Source: Cycas panzhihuaensis (Eukaryota; Plantae; Cycadophyta). From it: a stretch of 64,000 nucleotides of DNA. A program made the position numbers and the translations under genes. The stretch lies in the NCBI GenBank assembly GCA_023213395.1, contig CM041465.1, positions 140,747,741 through 140,811,740 on the forward strand. Direction: 5' to 3'. Positions within the stretch are counted from its first letter, which is position 1. The number at the start of each line of letters is the position of its first letter. Positions 1-13,313 of this stretch are shown here, piece after piece. The notes below the pieces were generated by a model. It did no database searches. It had not been told where the DNA came from and was given only the letters and a program-made list of their open reading frames with translations.

Positions 1-585
1 ATTGAAAATGCTCTAATTTATATAAATTTGCCTTTTTGATTGCTCACTTTTCATCATGTGGGATAAAACAACACTCAAATTTAACCCATTAGGTATTAGA
101 GAAATCTAAGAAAAACTTGGTATTATTTTCACTTACCAAATCAACTTATAATAGAAAGGGTTTATTATAACTTACAAAAATACCAAAATTAACATCTAAA
201 ACTAACTTTGAAAAAGGAAGTATAGGAGCATACCTCATATGATTTGCATATCACTTCCCATATCCAATAGGTAGTCGATATAAAAAAGAAAATAAATTAA
301 AGTTCAAATGTCCTCCTCCTTCACTACTTGTAATGCGAACCCTTTGATCATTCTACCACCTATAATATCAACTCAATAAGGTAATATATAGAAATAATAT
401 TTACTTTTAATCTAAGAAAGTATAATTTCTAAATATCAAATATGATATGAAATATATTGAAGGTTTAAGTTATGATTTTTTATCATCCCAATTGAGTTTA
501 AGTAACTTCAAATCCTCCCCCAATAATGGATTAGTCCCTTTTGGATAAAAAAAATAATGAAAATAGGTGAAAGATGGATAAAAAT

Positions 586-908
586 TACTAAATAATATCT
601 AATCTTAGACTAGGATATTAGTTATTTCCCCTTTAATGTATGTTATGGGGTTGCAACATACACACTTCTTAATATAATAGTCATAGGATGATTATGAGGC
701 TCTAGCATACCATTGGACCATTGTAAGATGGCATGTGTTATAAATATGTATTGATTTTTTATAATACAAATTCAAGATAATCATTTCTCCTAAAAGATTA
801 TATTATATTTTAGCATATGTTTTATTTATTTTATCACACATGTAGTTAGTATAGTCTTGACATGTTTGGTATTGTTCATCTGTGATATGAAATTGTGTAA
901 CTTTAACA
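586..908 (+). repeat. 5' LTR of element F
   Basis: Aligns over its full length with 2946-3269; ends AACA directly before the PBS. Confidence 0.85.
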
Positions 909-2945
909 TGGTATAAGAGATGTTGTTTGATCCTAGAGAGATTATAAGACTATAAGTGTATACACATGTCTGTATTTAATCAAAACTTATTTTAGGTATG
1001 CCTTTTATGACTAGTGAGAGGGGTTATCTTGTGTATAAGGTAAAGTCCATTGTAGGTTGGTGGAAAGGTTATTGAACTACATTTTACAGGGTACCTAAAG
1101 CATGTTAATGCATATGTCTAACGCATGCTTGTAAGGCTCCCCAAAATATGTTATTTCATGTATTTAGAGAATTTTGGTACTTGAACATTAAAATAAATCC
1201 TATCAAAACATAGGTGTTGTGGTTATTCAAATCCTATAGAGGTTTTCCACTATTTTAATTCATTTTTGGGCTACTTATACGCATGTTTATCGAGTGTGTA
1301 TGTAGGTTTTCTTGAGTGTTTGAGAATAAGGCTTCTAAAGCAGGCTTGATCACCATGTTAATGTCATTGAGGTGGTATGAAGAACCACTTATGTTGTACC
1401 TTTCATCGTGCGATGAGGATCCTATGTCGGTGAGGGTTTATGGCATATTTTTAGTAAAATAGATAATTTAGTTTAATAAAGGAATACACTAGTTTTTAAG
1501 GGTTATTTAATGGTGGAAGATCTTGCTAATTATTCTATGAAACTATTCTACTTAATTCAACCAAATTTATGTGCATCAAGGAAATTGAGTTTAAGAGGGA
1601 TTTAACATTGGGCCATGCCTATCAGCAAGTCATTAATTTAATAGTTTATCATTCTTGTGATACTATATAATTAATTATTAATTATGAGTACTCCTACATT
1701 TCTAATTTAGAGTAGGAGAGGAGGAGGTTACAATGGTGTTTCATGATGTAGATTTGTTGAAGAAATTATAGATCTATTAGTGATCTATGTTGGCATGTTG
1801 AATGGTATACAAAAGTGGTCAACACATTGAGTAAAAAGATAGTCTTAAATCATCGAAATAACTTTGTTTTATACTTCTCTGCTTGTTCCCTATTATTTTT
1901 GTATGAGTCTAAAGATTTGTGACAATAATATAATCCTACATTGAGGTTGCATTTATGTATTGATTTGGAAAGTTTAGTAGTTTGTCTAATGGGTAAGTAG
2001 TTATGTCATAATGCTGGGTAGATTAAAGGCTATTGGCTACCATGTAATGATCTATTTCTTAATGTTAAGCATCTTCGATCCATCTCTTAAGCTAATTATG
2101 AATTTTAGAGGGTAGATCTACTTTACAAATCATCGAGAACTCTTATATTCAATTATAAATAATCATGGCATTGAAAATACCTCATGTGGACTGTGTAGAT
2201 TGTGACATTCAAATGGAAGTTGATGTAGTGCTAAAAAATACTTTTTACAATGTTATAATGTTAATCAAATATTTAATTGTATTCTAATAATGTGTTAATT
2301 ATGCTAGCCACTTAAAGAGGTCACATGGGTTGTTTAAAGTGACCATAGGCTAATGCCAAAAGGGCTTTATTTTTATTGTTCACCTTGTTTTCATTTTCAA
2401 GATACATGTGCTCACTTAAATATTGATATCTTCATCATATGATGTTAGAATTCTATTCTATTAGTTGTATTGGAGAGCTGGCTTGTGTAGCTTTATAATA
2501 AGTGGTCATACAATATGCTCTAAATATTTTTCATGGTAGTTTTTAAGGCTTAAATTTCTAGTAATGGTTTGACAAGGTTCTTTTTGAGTTAAAATTGAAA
2601 CCTGTGCCTAAACAAAGAGATTTTTTGTCACATGTATTTGCTTAAATAACTATTTATACAAGTTTTCTCTCTAGTTTGGTAAATGGGTTATGGGTTTTTA
2701 GCTCAATTTTATCCTTAAAGTCTAGCTTCAAGTAGGGGAAACCAAAAACAAATAGGATAGGAGTATGTAAAAATTATTTTGTAGATAAATATTGGAGAAC
2801 CATATATGTGAAGGTCATTTTAGAGTACTAGTGAATAAAATGATTGATTGTGCATATGCACTAGTAGATGTTTGGTTCTTTATAAAGATAAAATGTAATT
2901 TCTTAAGCAACATATATGATATATATTAGATATTAAAGGGGGAAA

Positions 2946-3269
2946 TGTTAGATAATATTTAATCTTGGGTTAGGAGATTAGTGTGCATCCTTTTAATATA
3001 TGTTATGGAGTCATGGCATGTATGCTTCATAATGTAATAATCATAGGATGACTAGGAGTTTTTGGCACATGATTGGATAGCCATAAGGTGGCATGTACTA
3101 TAAATATATATTGATTTTTCATAATACATATTAGAAATGATGATTTATCCCAAAAAGGTTGCTTTATATTTTGGTATATATTTTATTTATTTTGTCACAT
3201 ATATGGTTAGTATAATCTTGATATTTTTGGTATTATGCATCCATGATATCAAATCATACAATCTTAGTA
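2946..3269 (+). repeat. 3' LTR of element F
   Basis: Starts TGTTAG immediately after the polypurine tract. Confidence 0.85.
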
Positions 3270-5104
3270 AAAGTAAGGTAACAAATATGCATGAATCAAC
3301 TACTAGATTGACAAATAAAAGAGATAAAAAAGAAAATAAAGATAATAGTCAAAGTTGTGTGTCCTAAGTGGGTTTCCTACCATAAATTTACATTTTGTTA
3401 TTAGATCACTATCTCAATGTTACAAGCTTCTAGTTATTTCTATATAGAATATGCACTCCATACTCCTCTAAAGCTTATTAAAAAAAAATATTAATAAGTT
3501 TCAAATAATTACATGAAATCAATAAAAAACTCAATAACAATTTGTTGTTTTATTTCCCTCCCATGCCACTTAAAATGTGTTCTTAATTTATATAACTTAT
3601 TGGGTGGAAAAGGGGCCATTATTTTGAAAAAAGTATGGGTAAAAACTAAATGGTTTTCACCCATCCTATTAAAGTTGGAAGGTGAAGAATTAAATCCATT
3701 TCCCTCTATGCATAGGAGGAAAATACTTTGGAAGAATTCAATGGGTGGAAAACATGTTGTTTTGATCTAAATGCGGTGGAAGAGGGGTGCTTCTAATGTG
3801 GAGTATTAACTTTGTATCCCTTTCCATGAGAAAATGTAATTGATTTGCATGGTTGAATATACAAAATTTGTTAAATTTGATGTGGGCATAATTTTGGAAT
3901 GGTATACAAATATATTATTTTATTTTTGATAATAAAGCTTTACATATTATTATATATTTTGTAACAACACATAATGTACCATTATTTTCTATATCTGTAC
4001 TGTTATAAAATAAGGGCCATATACAATTATAAAGTTATATTATATTGTTATTAATTTTCACTTTTAAGAATGAATCATCATATACCATGGTCTTTTTTAT
4101 AATAATACATGATGTACCATTATGAAAAATGAAACATTTTAGGATTGCACAATGGTATGAGTAAGACATCAAAAAGGTAAACATTTTTATAAAAACAAAA
4201 GGTCAAACAAAGGAGAAAATGATGCCAAAGAGGCTCTATGACATAATGGGGATTCATTTTCATGAAATCGAGCCTAGATGTATGGATTTTATTATACCAC
4301 TAAAGTTATTTATCATCATAGGCTATAGATACATGTGCACATCATTACACAATAGGCAAACATTAGTTTATATATTCATATGAGTATGAAATAAAAATAG
4401 AAACCATGTTATCAAGCATGTATATGAGTTATGTGTGCAATGATTATTGAAAGTTAGAATCCTAAATTCTAGGAAATATTTACCTCCTTACCTATAGAAA
4501 CTCCCCAGACTTGTGTCATAAGATAAGGAATGCTAATAATATTATCCTATAGTATATTTACTCTAAAGCATGAATTAAGGAAAGGCATGAATGAAGAATG
4601 GATTAGAAGCCCAAATTCTATAATAAGATGAAATATAGATATTATTGTAGTTCAAGATCATTAGTAAATGCTTAAAGAATATCATCTTTAGTTTAATTTC
4701 ATTCAAAAGTATTTCAGAAGGATAATTATCATAGTTTAGCCTCATCAATAAAAATTCAAAGAATGTCACCCTTAATTTAACCTTGTAAGTCAAAACATCA
4801 AAGAATAGGCCACCATTGTTTAACTTATTTAGTGGTTATGTTTTAAAGGTAAGCGTTAGAGAATGACTTAGAAGCCTAAACTCTACAATAGGTTTAGAAG
4901 CCATAAAAATTCGATTGTCTATATTAGGAGGGTTGCCATGGTTTTATCCATATTAGTAACAAGGATTTTAGAGGATTGACCACTATAATTTAACCTCATT
5001 ACTAATTTATTTCTTTGGAGGTCTAAATACTAAAGAATCAATTAAAAGCCTAAACTCTATAATGGACTCAAAAGCCATAGGACAAAGGATATATTATAAG
5101 GACC

Positions 5105-5108
<4 letters not shown>

Positions 5109-5134
<26 letters not shown>
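5109..5134. repeat. (AT)13 microsatellite
   Basis: Direct read. Confidence 0.95.
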
Positions 5135-5135
<1 letters not shown>

Positions 5136-5846
5136 ACTAATTGCTTGAATTTTGTGTCTTACTCTCAAGATATGTGTTGTATAGAGACTAAAGAAAATTA
5201 CATTAGTAGGGACCTAGTTGTGTTAGCAAGGGCATGAAGTTGAGGATGAAAGGCTTAATATACTTCCATGAGCTAATAAGAAACTAATTGTAAATAAAAA
5301 AAAAGTAAAATAAGACCATAATAAACTTATAGTGCATTGGTCAAAGTCTCTATGACTATGGTATATTCAACTATATTGTTAATCATTACTAGGATAAAAA
5401 GTCTAATGCTTATTAGAATATAAGTAATATGATCTCTAATGATCAAGGAAGTAATAGAAGGTCTTGAATTTCCACATCTTAGCTAGTTAGTATAAATTAT
5501 CAATGTTATAAGGGAATGTAGTGGTTTCTCATAGATAATTTGATGAACATAGGAATGGCAGATGAATTGACTATTAGAACAAAGATTTAGAGATGTGGAC
5601 TTAACTTTGACTAAGATTTCTTTTAATAGGTTAGATCTATGGATGGATTTTATCATTTTAATTAGACTTTTAAATCTTATTTGTTTAACCTCCCAGCATT
5701 GAATTCATTTTCATCTTAGTTAAGGTCATCATGGATTCAAATAACTAGACTTAAAGATCTTGAACAATGCATAGGACCAAATCCAAACTATACATCATAG
5801 GTAAGGATGAAGTTATTATGTGAGTTGTTCTAAGTTCTTAAAATAT

Positions 5847-5850
<4 letters not shown>

Positions 5851-5934
<84 letters not shown>
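5851..5934. repeat. (AT)42 microsatellite
   Basis: Direct read. Confidence 0.97.
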
Positions 5935-5938
<4 letters not shown>

Positions 5939-6722
5939 TACTTTCTCTTTTCTTTTTCTTTTATAGGAGGGTGTCACTTCTATAATGGTTCAAATGAGAG
6001 TTGTGGTGAACCAAGTGTCATTTAACCTATTTTTAAGATGATGTACTTCATTTGGCCTTATGCTTCCCTTGATTGATAGGTTAGCTATAGTTACATGATG
6101 CTTGCCATGACATAGTGGGTGCTCAAATGTATTTAACTTTACAAAATGTAGTTACAATCAACTAGTTTATATATCATCACTCCTTCAAAATTATAACAAT
6201 ACTTTTAATGAAGGAGAGGTCTAATAGGCATGTAAAATGAGTTCCTATAGGCTAAACCATAAGACATATTTAGTTTATTCACTCAAGGTCCTTTTAAGAG
6301 CCTAACTTGAAGAAATGAATGCACATGGAAGGGGAAAAAAGGGTAACCTAGGTAACCCATAAATTATTATTTACTACAATGAGGATCATATAGAATAATT
6401 AGTAAATATTAATTAAGTTAAGAGTGCTAAATTATTAGTAAATTTAATGGATGAATGGTAGGTTGATGGTAAATAAACCTCTAGGGAGGAATATAAATGG
6501 CCATAAACTTATAAGTAGGTGAGCTCATATAGGGCTTTAAAGGATATACACTAGGTTAGAGTAGCATATGTGATTGGCCAATGTAGGCTTAACACTAAAA
6601 ACCATGACTTTAAACTATAGACATTAATATTTCTTGGGGGAACTATCATAATATAGGCCATAAGGGGCTTAATTCAAGTGGAAATTCAACCTCTCAAAGA
6701 GGAATATGTTGAAATAGTTACT

Positions 6723-6841
6723 AAATTTGAGCTTATTGCTCAAAATAGTTACTTTTGGATACATACGAGGGAAAGTTATAGGGTAGTTCCAAGAGAAAGC
6801 ATATATGAGCAGTATATATTTTGAGCAACAAGCTCAAATTT
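6723..6841. repeat. 25-bp inverted repeat whose arms are themselves palindromic
   Basis: AAATTTGAGCTTATTGCTCAAAATA (6723-6747) versus TATTTTGAGCAACAAGCTCAAATTT (6817-6841), one mismatch. Confidence 0.8.
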
Positions 6842-8814
6842 ATTACGTTTCAAAGTAGCTTTAGACTAGGTTCATTTGATCATTTAGAGATTCTAAATTC
6901 CATGCTACACATGGCAATAGTTTAATCATAAGAAATGTGAGGGTTTTTTAATGAAATATAGTCCATAGGGGGCTTAAAGAAATTTATTTTAAATTTATAT
7001 TCTTCAAATTCCTAATTTATTTTTGTGAGCTAGTTTATTAGATTTAGGTTATTACCCATTTACAAGGTGTTGGTAATTAGGAGTTGATTGCAAGAACTCA
7101 AAGCAATGGTTTTTCATATAGTAAGTTATAGTAAGATCGTGACTCAACGATGGCCACCAAGGGACTAAATCAAGTAGGCTTTCATTTAAAATTTATTATT
7201 TCTTTCCAATTTTTAGCTAAAATCCTCAATTTTAAGGTTTCCTTAAAAATAGATATTTTGGAAAAATGACATTGACTTAGGGTGCTATTTTCTATAAACC
7301 TAGTGAAAATGCTCCTATATAAAATTTTGTCTAATCGTAATTTTAAAATTTACCAAATTTTATTGATTTTTTCCTCCTTTTCTTTGGTATGCACAAATTA
7401 GGATAGTAGATATCATTCAATTTGTCTACACCATTTTGTTTCATAATTGTACATTCTATATTATTTAAATTTCATAGTGATACAAAATATACCATTTTAT
7501 TTTTTAAAATAAAATATTTATGTGCCATTTTGATTATTGAAATGATACATTTTTATACCATTCCAATTTTCAAAATGGTGTATGAATGTGCCATTTTAAA
7601 TTTAAAAACAATAGAGAAAATTAAAATGGTGCATTAAAAACTTTCATTTTTTTGAAGATTTTTTGGTTTTCTTAAGTAGTATTTGCTTTGTCTTAGTACT
7701 TTGTCCTCTTTGTGATTTCCAACAACACTCTATTTTTTACATGTAGAGGAGGTTATTTACATTACTAATAGGGAATTCATGGGGGTTGATATACTCCATC
7801 TCATTAATAGGATGGATGGTAGGACCTAGGCCACCTTGAAGAGATGTGGCCTTTATTATATTTATAGGTTGAGGCTATATAATTTTAATTATACATTTCT
7901 AGTTAACCTTATTAATGATTGGGATCATCAATGATAGGTATTCACCCTCCCTCTGTATAGAGATCTATGGATCACTATACCAAATGTTTGCAGGATTTTA
8001 GAAATCCCTTATACCTCCCTACCCTACTCCCTTTATTTTAGGCACTATGGATTATAAACAACTTCCTTAAGTACTTGTTATCACTTTCTTTAGAGGGGTG
8101 GGGGGGCTTAGTGGTATAAGGGTATCTTAATAGTAAATCATTTGGATGTAGTTAATATTCTATTAGTATAGAAATGAATTATAGAAACCCCCATGCTTAT
8201 AGTATACCATTAACATAGTTATGCTATGATTTCCAGTGGCTAAGGCACATTGTGCCCTAGTGTAATGTTGGAGAATAATTTAATTAGGCTTCCCTTATCA
8301 TGGTAAATATTCACTACCTTTTAGGTGCAATCTAGGTTGAGGGAAGCTAAGGATTTTCCTATTGTTTAGTGCTCTAATTATGGTTCTTTGACCATTTCCC
8401 TACTATTCAACCTGATGAGAGTTCTATAGTATTAGATATAGACTTAATAATGATAAACTAGTGGACATCAAGGTTTTGCCAAGGAGGTCCAAGAGGGCTT
8501 ATATGCTAAAGGATCTATATGTTGGATGTGTCCTATTCATCATTGGACTAATTTGTTCTAAACCCCTATGATGGGATTTCATGAGAGTCATATGTAGATA
8601 AACCCCTACCTATTGAGGGTAGAGACAGAGGAAATGGGGTAATGGGGGGCATGGGTGCAATGTCAAGGGATCCATAGTGGTACATGATGTGGCCTTAATG
8701 GTCATATTGATCAATGATAAGTGTGAAGACGAAGATGGTATTGGGATAATGCCCACATTAGGGAAATAACCTAGGCTATATCTTAAGGAAGCTCACTTAT
8801 TAGGCATTTATTAA

Positions 8815-9835
8815 TGTTAGGTAGTAGTAACGTTGAGAAGGGTGCCAAACCCTCTCGACCTCACCTATATGTACATGGGGTCTGAAGGCCTTAATATTCA
8901 TAAGCACCACCTCCCTCATAGAATCTTGTTTATCTCTTCTTGCTTTGTAGTTTATGGCTTGTCTCCTAGCTCCTCATCTTCTTGGCTCTATCGTAGCCTT
9001 TATTTGGTATCAAAGTGAAATGCTTGGAAACGGTCCATTGTGAGTTTGATCTTTGGTCAATATCTTCCATTATATGTCTTTGGCTTAATGCATTTGATAC
9101 ATCTATCTTTTGTTCGATATAAATCATCTTGTTTATGATTAAGCATTAAGGTAGCCTTATTAAAATGTAAAGAAAATTATTCCTCAATCATAGATTCAAG
9201 TCTAAATATTTATGTTTGGAGTATAATTATTATTTTTTATATTATTGAAGTCAAAACCTTTATGTGTGTCTATGTAATTATTATTCTTTATTGGATGTTC
9301 TTATGAAACATGGCATTTATTTGAGGGGGGTCAATATTTGATTTTGCATTACCATCTCCACAAGCATGTAGATAATATAACTGCATTTTATTTCATATCC
9401 CCAATCTATAGTTTGCTAAGCAACTATTTATTTCATGGTTGTTTAAATTATGATATTAGTTTAAGCTAGGTGTGGTTAATACTAATTTGCATTGTGTTTG
9501 AAAATCTTATACCTCTCTCCAAGTACATGTTTAGTCATCATTTCAATCAAGCATTCATGAGTTTGTGTAAGAGCACATTGGGGTCATCTCCAATCAAAGT
9601 ATTTTCATGTATTATATCAAATACAAAAGGACTAGTCAAAGTATTTTTAGCTAGAAGTGAAAGGGTCATTTTCAAGCACCATTACCAAGTAAATTAATAC
9701 TACTATTATTTTCATCATGAGGAGTGTGCACCATTCTAGTTAGAATCTGGATAGTAGAAGGATATTTCTCTGAATCAAGTCATTACATCTATCTCCCACT
9801 CTCATAATTGAAGGACAAATCTATGTTTAAGGAGC
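8815..9835 (+). mobile_element. Internally deleted LTR retrotransposon remnant with Ty3/gypsy-like integrase traces
   Basis: PBS-like TGGTATCAAAGT at 9005-9016 follows an LTR-like segment. Decayed integrase-like stretches (HFNQAFMSL; ISNTKGLVKVF ~ YHPQTNGQVEVF) lie at ~9300-9700. No matching second LTR was found. Confidence 0.35.
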
Positions 9836-11191
9836 CTAAAATAAAAGTTTGTATTTTTTTGTGTTTTCTTATTAGTAATCTTATAACCTACATATATGTA
9901 TTTGAAAAAAGTGAGAAGCCTCTACTTATGCATCTAATATATATGATTTACATTTGACATTAGTTAGTGTCATAGGTCTTGTGTAGAATCTTAACATAGA
10001 TAAAGCTCCACAATTAGATTATATGTGTAGGTTGATAATTGATTGTCTTAGTGATTGTAGTTGAAGGTCATATACAATAGCCAAGTGACCAGACATTAAA
10101 TTTTAAATTGGCTTAACTACATTTTGAAGGAGCCTACTTCATTCTAAGCACATGATTCTAGTTCAACAAGTATGACTACCATATGAGGAGCCCATTTTCA
10201 GATCTATTAACTCTAGAGTATTCTTCATTCTCATATAAACAAAATGAGTGGTCACATACCTGTATTGGGTTTGTGTTTGGTAGTCTATTTAATGAGTTAA
10301 TGTTAATTAAAACATTTTATTATAATTCATGCATTGAGGGCTCTTTATTAAATTTGACCTCCTTGTACTGTTTAAAATATAACTTATTATAGGATGTTAG
10401 AATCAAGTGTTGTTTAAAGCATTGGATTCATATTTTAATTTTTTATTAAGTGAATATTTTTAAAAATATTTCTGAAGTCATTTGATGTATTGAATTTATA
10501 TTTAATATTGATGATAGTTTGTGGTCTTCCTACGAGTTAACCTTTAAAAAGAATTAGCAAAATTTCATTTTATAATTATAATTTAATATGATTTTTCATC
10601 TTAAAAGAGATTGAGTCCTAGTTAGAATACTTGTGCATGTCCTAGAGTTGAAAGGGGGTAATCTAGCTTATATTTTAAGTGCCTTTCCTTACCTTATTTA
10701 AGTGCATTTTTATTCTTTCATGAAATAACTTTATTATTTGAAAGTAGTTTTATTTTAAGATAATTTCTTTATCGTGGATTTTAGCATAAGTTATGTAATG
10801 GTACCTAAGTTTGATGGTACTAACTTCTTAAATTGAAATCATAGAATGAAGCCTATTCTTGTATAAATAGGCATGTGGTATTTGATTGAAAATGGATATA
10901 GTACACTTAATCCTAACACCATTGTATATGAAAACAAGACCTTCAAGGAGAATGAAAAGAGAGGCAATGAAAACTTACCATTCATCTTTTATACATTGGA
11001 AGATCACATTTTCCTAAGAGTCAATGAAGCAGCTACATCAAAAGAGGTATGGAATGCTTTGAAGACCACCTATAAAATGAGTTATTACATAAAAACTTTA
11101 AATACTAAGAAATAAATTTAAAAATTATAAGATGAACAATAATGAGAGAATAACTTTATAACCAAGGTACAAAGGTAGTCAATCAAATGAG

Positions 11192-11546
11192 TATTGGAAT
11201 ATAATGTTTAATTTAAAGGTCATATTTTTAATGTTTAATATGAAGATCATTATGTTAGTACAATGAAGGGTATTACCATCATAGTTAGGGTTAGTTATAA
11301 TATGAGGTTATGAGCCTAAGCATGTGGTGTTTATTTTACTCATACCTCATTGTAACATTGATCATATAAGGTGCCATATGTCACCTTGCATGATCAACTC
11401 TTCATATTCCTAAAAGTTTCTTATAATGGTTTGATATTGCTATATGTATATATTTGATATCCAATATTAATATAGATCAATAATTTAGTTATTTTTGTTC
11501 ATTTTTTCTTTTTTTAATATTGAGTGTATACATTATTCATCTTTCA
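11192..11546 (+). repeat. 5' LTR of element B
   Basis: TATTGGAATATAATG...CATCTTTCA; aligns with 14306-14660. Confidence 0.9.
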
Positions 11547-12661
11547 TTTTAGTATCATAGTAGGTTTTAAGAGGTAGCCATCCTTGAGATGGCATCTCTA
11601 AAACTTAGGATATGTGTGTATTATAAAGAACTCATTATTACTGCATTTGAGATAGTTTGTAGGCTAGGTATAATATGTTATGGCTATAAGTATGTCTAGC
11701 TCACGTAGGAGATGATATGGCATGTTCCATGAATATTCGTAACATGAAGGAGGAATGAGAATCAAGTTATAGAGGTAGACAAATCTAAATGGTTCATTAA
11801 ATTAAGATTATCCCTTTAGTAGGACCCTCCTTAACTTAAGGGTTTATGGAGATATTGTGCTTCCACTATTATTAAACTTAATCCTCTTCAACTAGTGCTT
11901 AAGACTACACGATTCTAAGTCTAGAGAAAGACATGCATCCTTTATTATCTTTGTCTTCATTCTTCATGAGATTTACTAATCTACAAAATAAGTTGGCAAA
12001 ATACTTAAGACATTGTTAGCCATGGATGCATTTATCAAGAGAATAAATTAGAGAGTAAGGAGAAAGGACCTATGAATTAAGGGTAAGATTGTTGAATGTA
12101 ATAACCTAGTTAAAGGGCCTCTAGCATACTTTTGGACTACAAGGATAGATAGTCTAGAGGTGGATAAACATATAACTCGTTATCTTCTTTACCTAAAGAT
12201 GTGTGTAAATTAAGGGTGCTATGGATAATCAGTTTGCTCATAATTTTGTTATCGATCTTCACTCTTTGTTGTCACCAAGATCACAGGTTTTATACTATTT
12301 TTTATTGACTGACATCTTGTAAAGTAAAGGAGATGGGTTGTTAACTACATGTGGTGGTGTACAGTCAAAGTGAGGAATCCTCCATTAATGAAGACAAGTA
12401 ACCTTTGATCTTTATAGGCCTTTTTCTTTGACCTATTTATATGACATGGAGACCTTGTAGATTGCTCCCTTTAGGGGAATTAATCTAGGCATCAAATGCA
12501 CAACATAGAGCCATATAAGCAACCTCAAATCATAATGCAGACTGAATATCTTTGCATTAAGTTCTTAAAGGTCGTGACAAATACTATAAGTTGCTAAAAT
12601 GTTGTAAAGATAGTATGGTAGTAAGGAACAATATCAACAAGATCTTTTTGATAAACAAGTT

Positions 12662-12997
12662 AAGATAGATGAACTTAGGGATGCCATTAGGCCTTTATCA
12701 AGTTGTAATTCATAGTTTTATACTAATGCATATCTCAGATGCTATTTAGATGCTCAAAATTGGAATCTCCATAAATCAAAAAAGATGTTAGAAGAGACAT
12801 TGAAATGGAGGGTAACATATAAACTAGAGGGGATTCATTAGGATGAAATTATTACATAAGGTAAAACTAGTAAAATTTATAGGGTTAATTACCTTAATCA
12901 TTTAGAGAGGACTATTATTATGATGATGCCTAGAAAGCATAACACATCATCTCATGACAATGAGCTACATCACTTCATTTATCTTCTTAAGAATGAC
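12662..12997 (+). pseudogene. Captured intronless Sec14-like/CRAL-TRIO (random slug protein 5-like) N-terminal fragment
   Basis: One frame reads KIDELRDAIRPLS...NAYLRCYLDAQNWNLHKSKKMLEETLKWRVTYKLEGIH*DEIIT*GKTSKIYRVNY...MMPRKHNTSSHDNELHHFIYLLKN. This matches the plant family motif ACLRRYLEARNWNVDKSKKMLEETLKWR..YKPEEIRW. Confidence 0.9.
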
Positions 12998-13313
12998 CTA
13001 CATTTAACTACAAGGGCAGGTTCTATAGATATTGTAAAATCACTTCTAGATATGGATCCATAAATGGCTTAGAGAATTGATAAAAAGGGATAGATGACAT
13101 TACATATGGTAGCAAAAGGAGCCACGTACTTGGAATTTATGAGAATGCTCCTAAATGTTGATACAACAATAGTAATACTCCTTGACAAGAATGGAAACAT
13201 GACTTTGCATGTAACTAAAGCAAAAAGCGTGAGGAGATTATGAAAGAACTGCTCTTATTATGAATACATTAAATATGCTACATAAAATAGCTTTTAATAT
13301 TGAAGAGGCACTT
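12998..13313 (+). pseudogene. ITN1: Captured ITN1-like ankyrin-repeat fragment
   Basis: LHLTTRAGSIDIVKSLLDMDP*MA*RIDKKG*MTLHMVAKGA...LLNVDTTIVILLDKNGNMTLHV..KKREEIMKELLLL..MNTLNMLHKIAFNIEEAL matches the ITN1-type LHLAARQGHVDIVKALL.KDPQLARRTDKKGQTALHMAVKG...DKFGNTALHVATRKKR. Contains stops and two late frameshifts. Confidence 0.85.

Larger units (their letters stand above)
586..3269 (+). mobile_element. Non-autonomous LTR retroelement F (LARD/TRIM-like, no recognisable gag-pol)
   Basis: Diverged direct repeats at 586-908 and 2946-3269 (323/324 bp). PBS TGGTATAAGAGA at 909-920, PPT AAAGGGGGAAA at 2935-2945. Flanks AAAAT (581-585) and AAAGT (3270-3274) form a 5-bp TSD with one G>A. Confidence 0.85.
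3850..7640. mobile_element. Possible degenerate DNA transposon with subterminal inverted repeats
   Basis: TRTRCCAT/ATGGYRYA motifs cluster at both ends. TTGGAATGGTATACAAATATATT (~3894) matches the reverse complement of ~7545-7567. The interior has exon-like AG...GT-bounded blocks but no clear transposase. Confidence 0.3.

Noticed and set aside
4452-5085. CRISPR-like repeat-spacer pattern
   Set aside because: Eukaryotic TE context, degenerate repeats, spacers over 100 bp and irregular, no cas genes.
8405-8430. CTGATGAG hammerhead-core-like motif
   Set aside because: No correctly placed GAAA or supporting stems.
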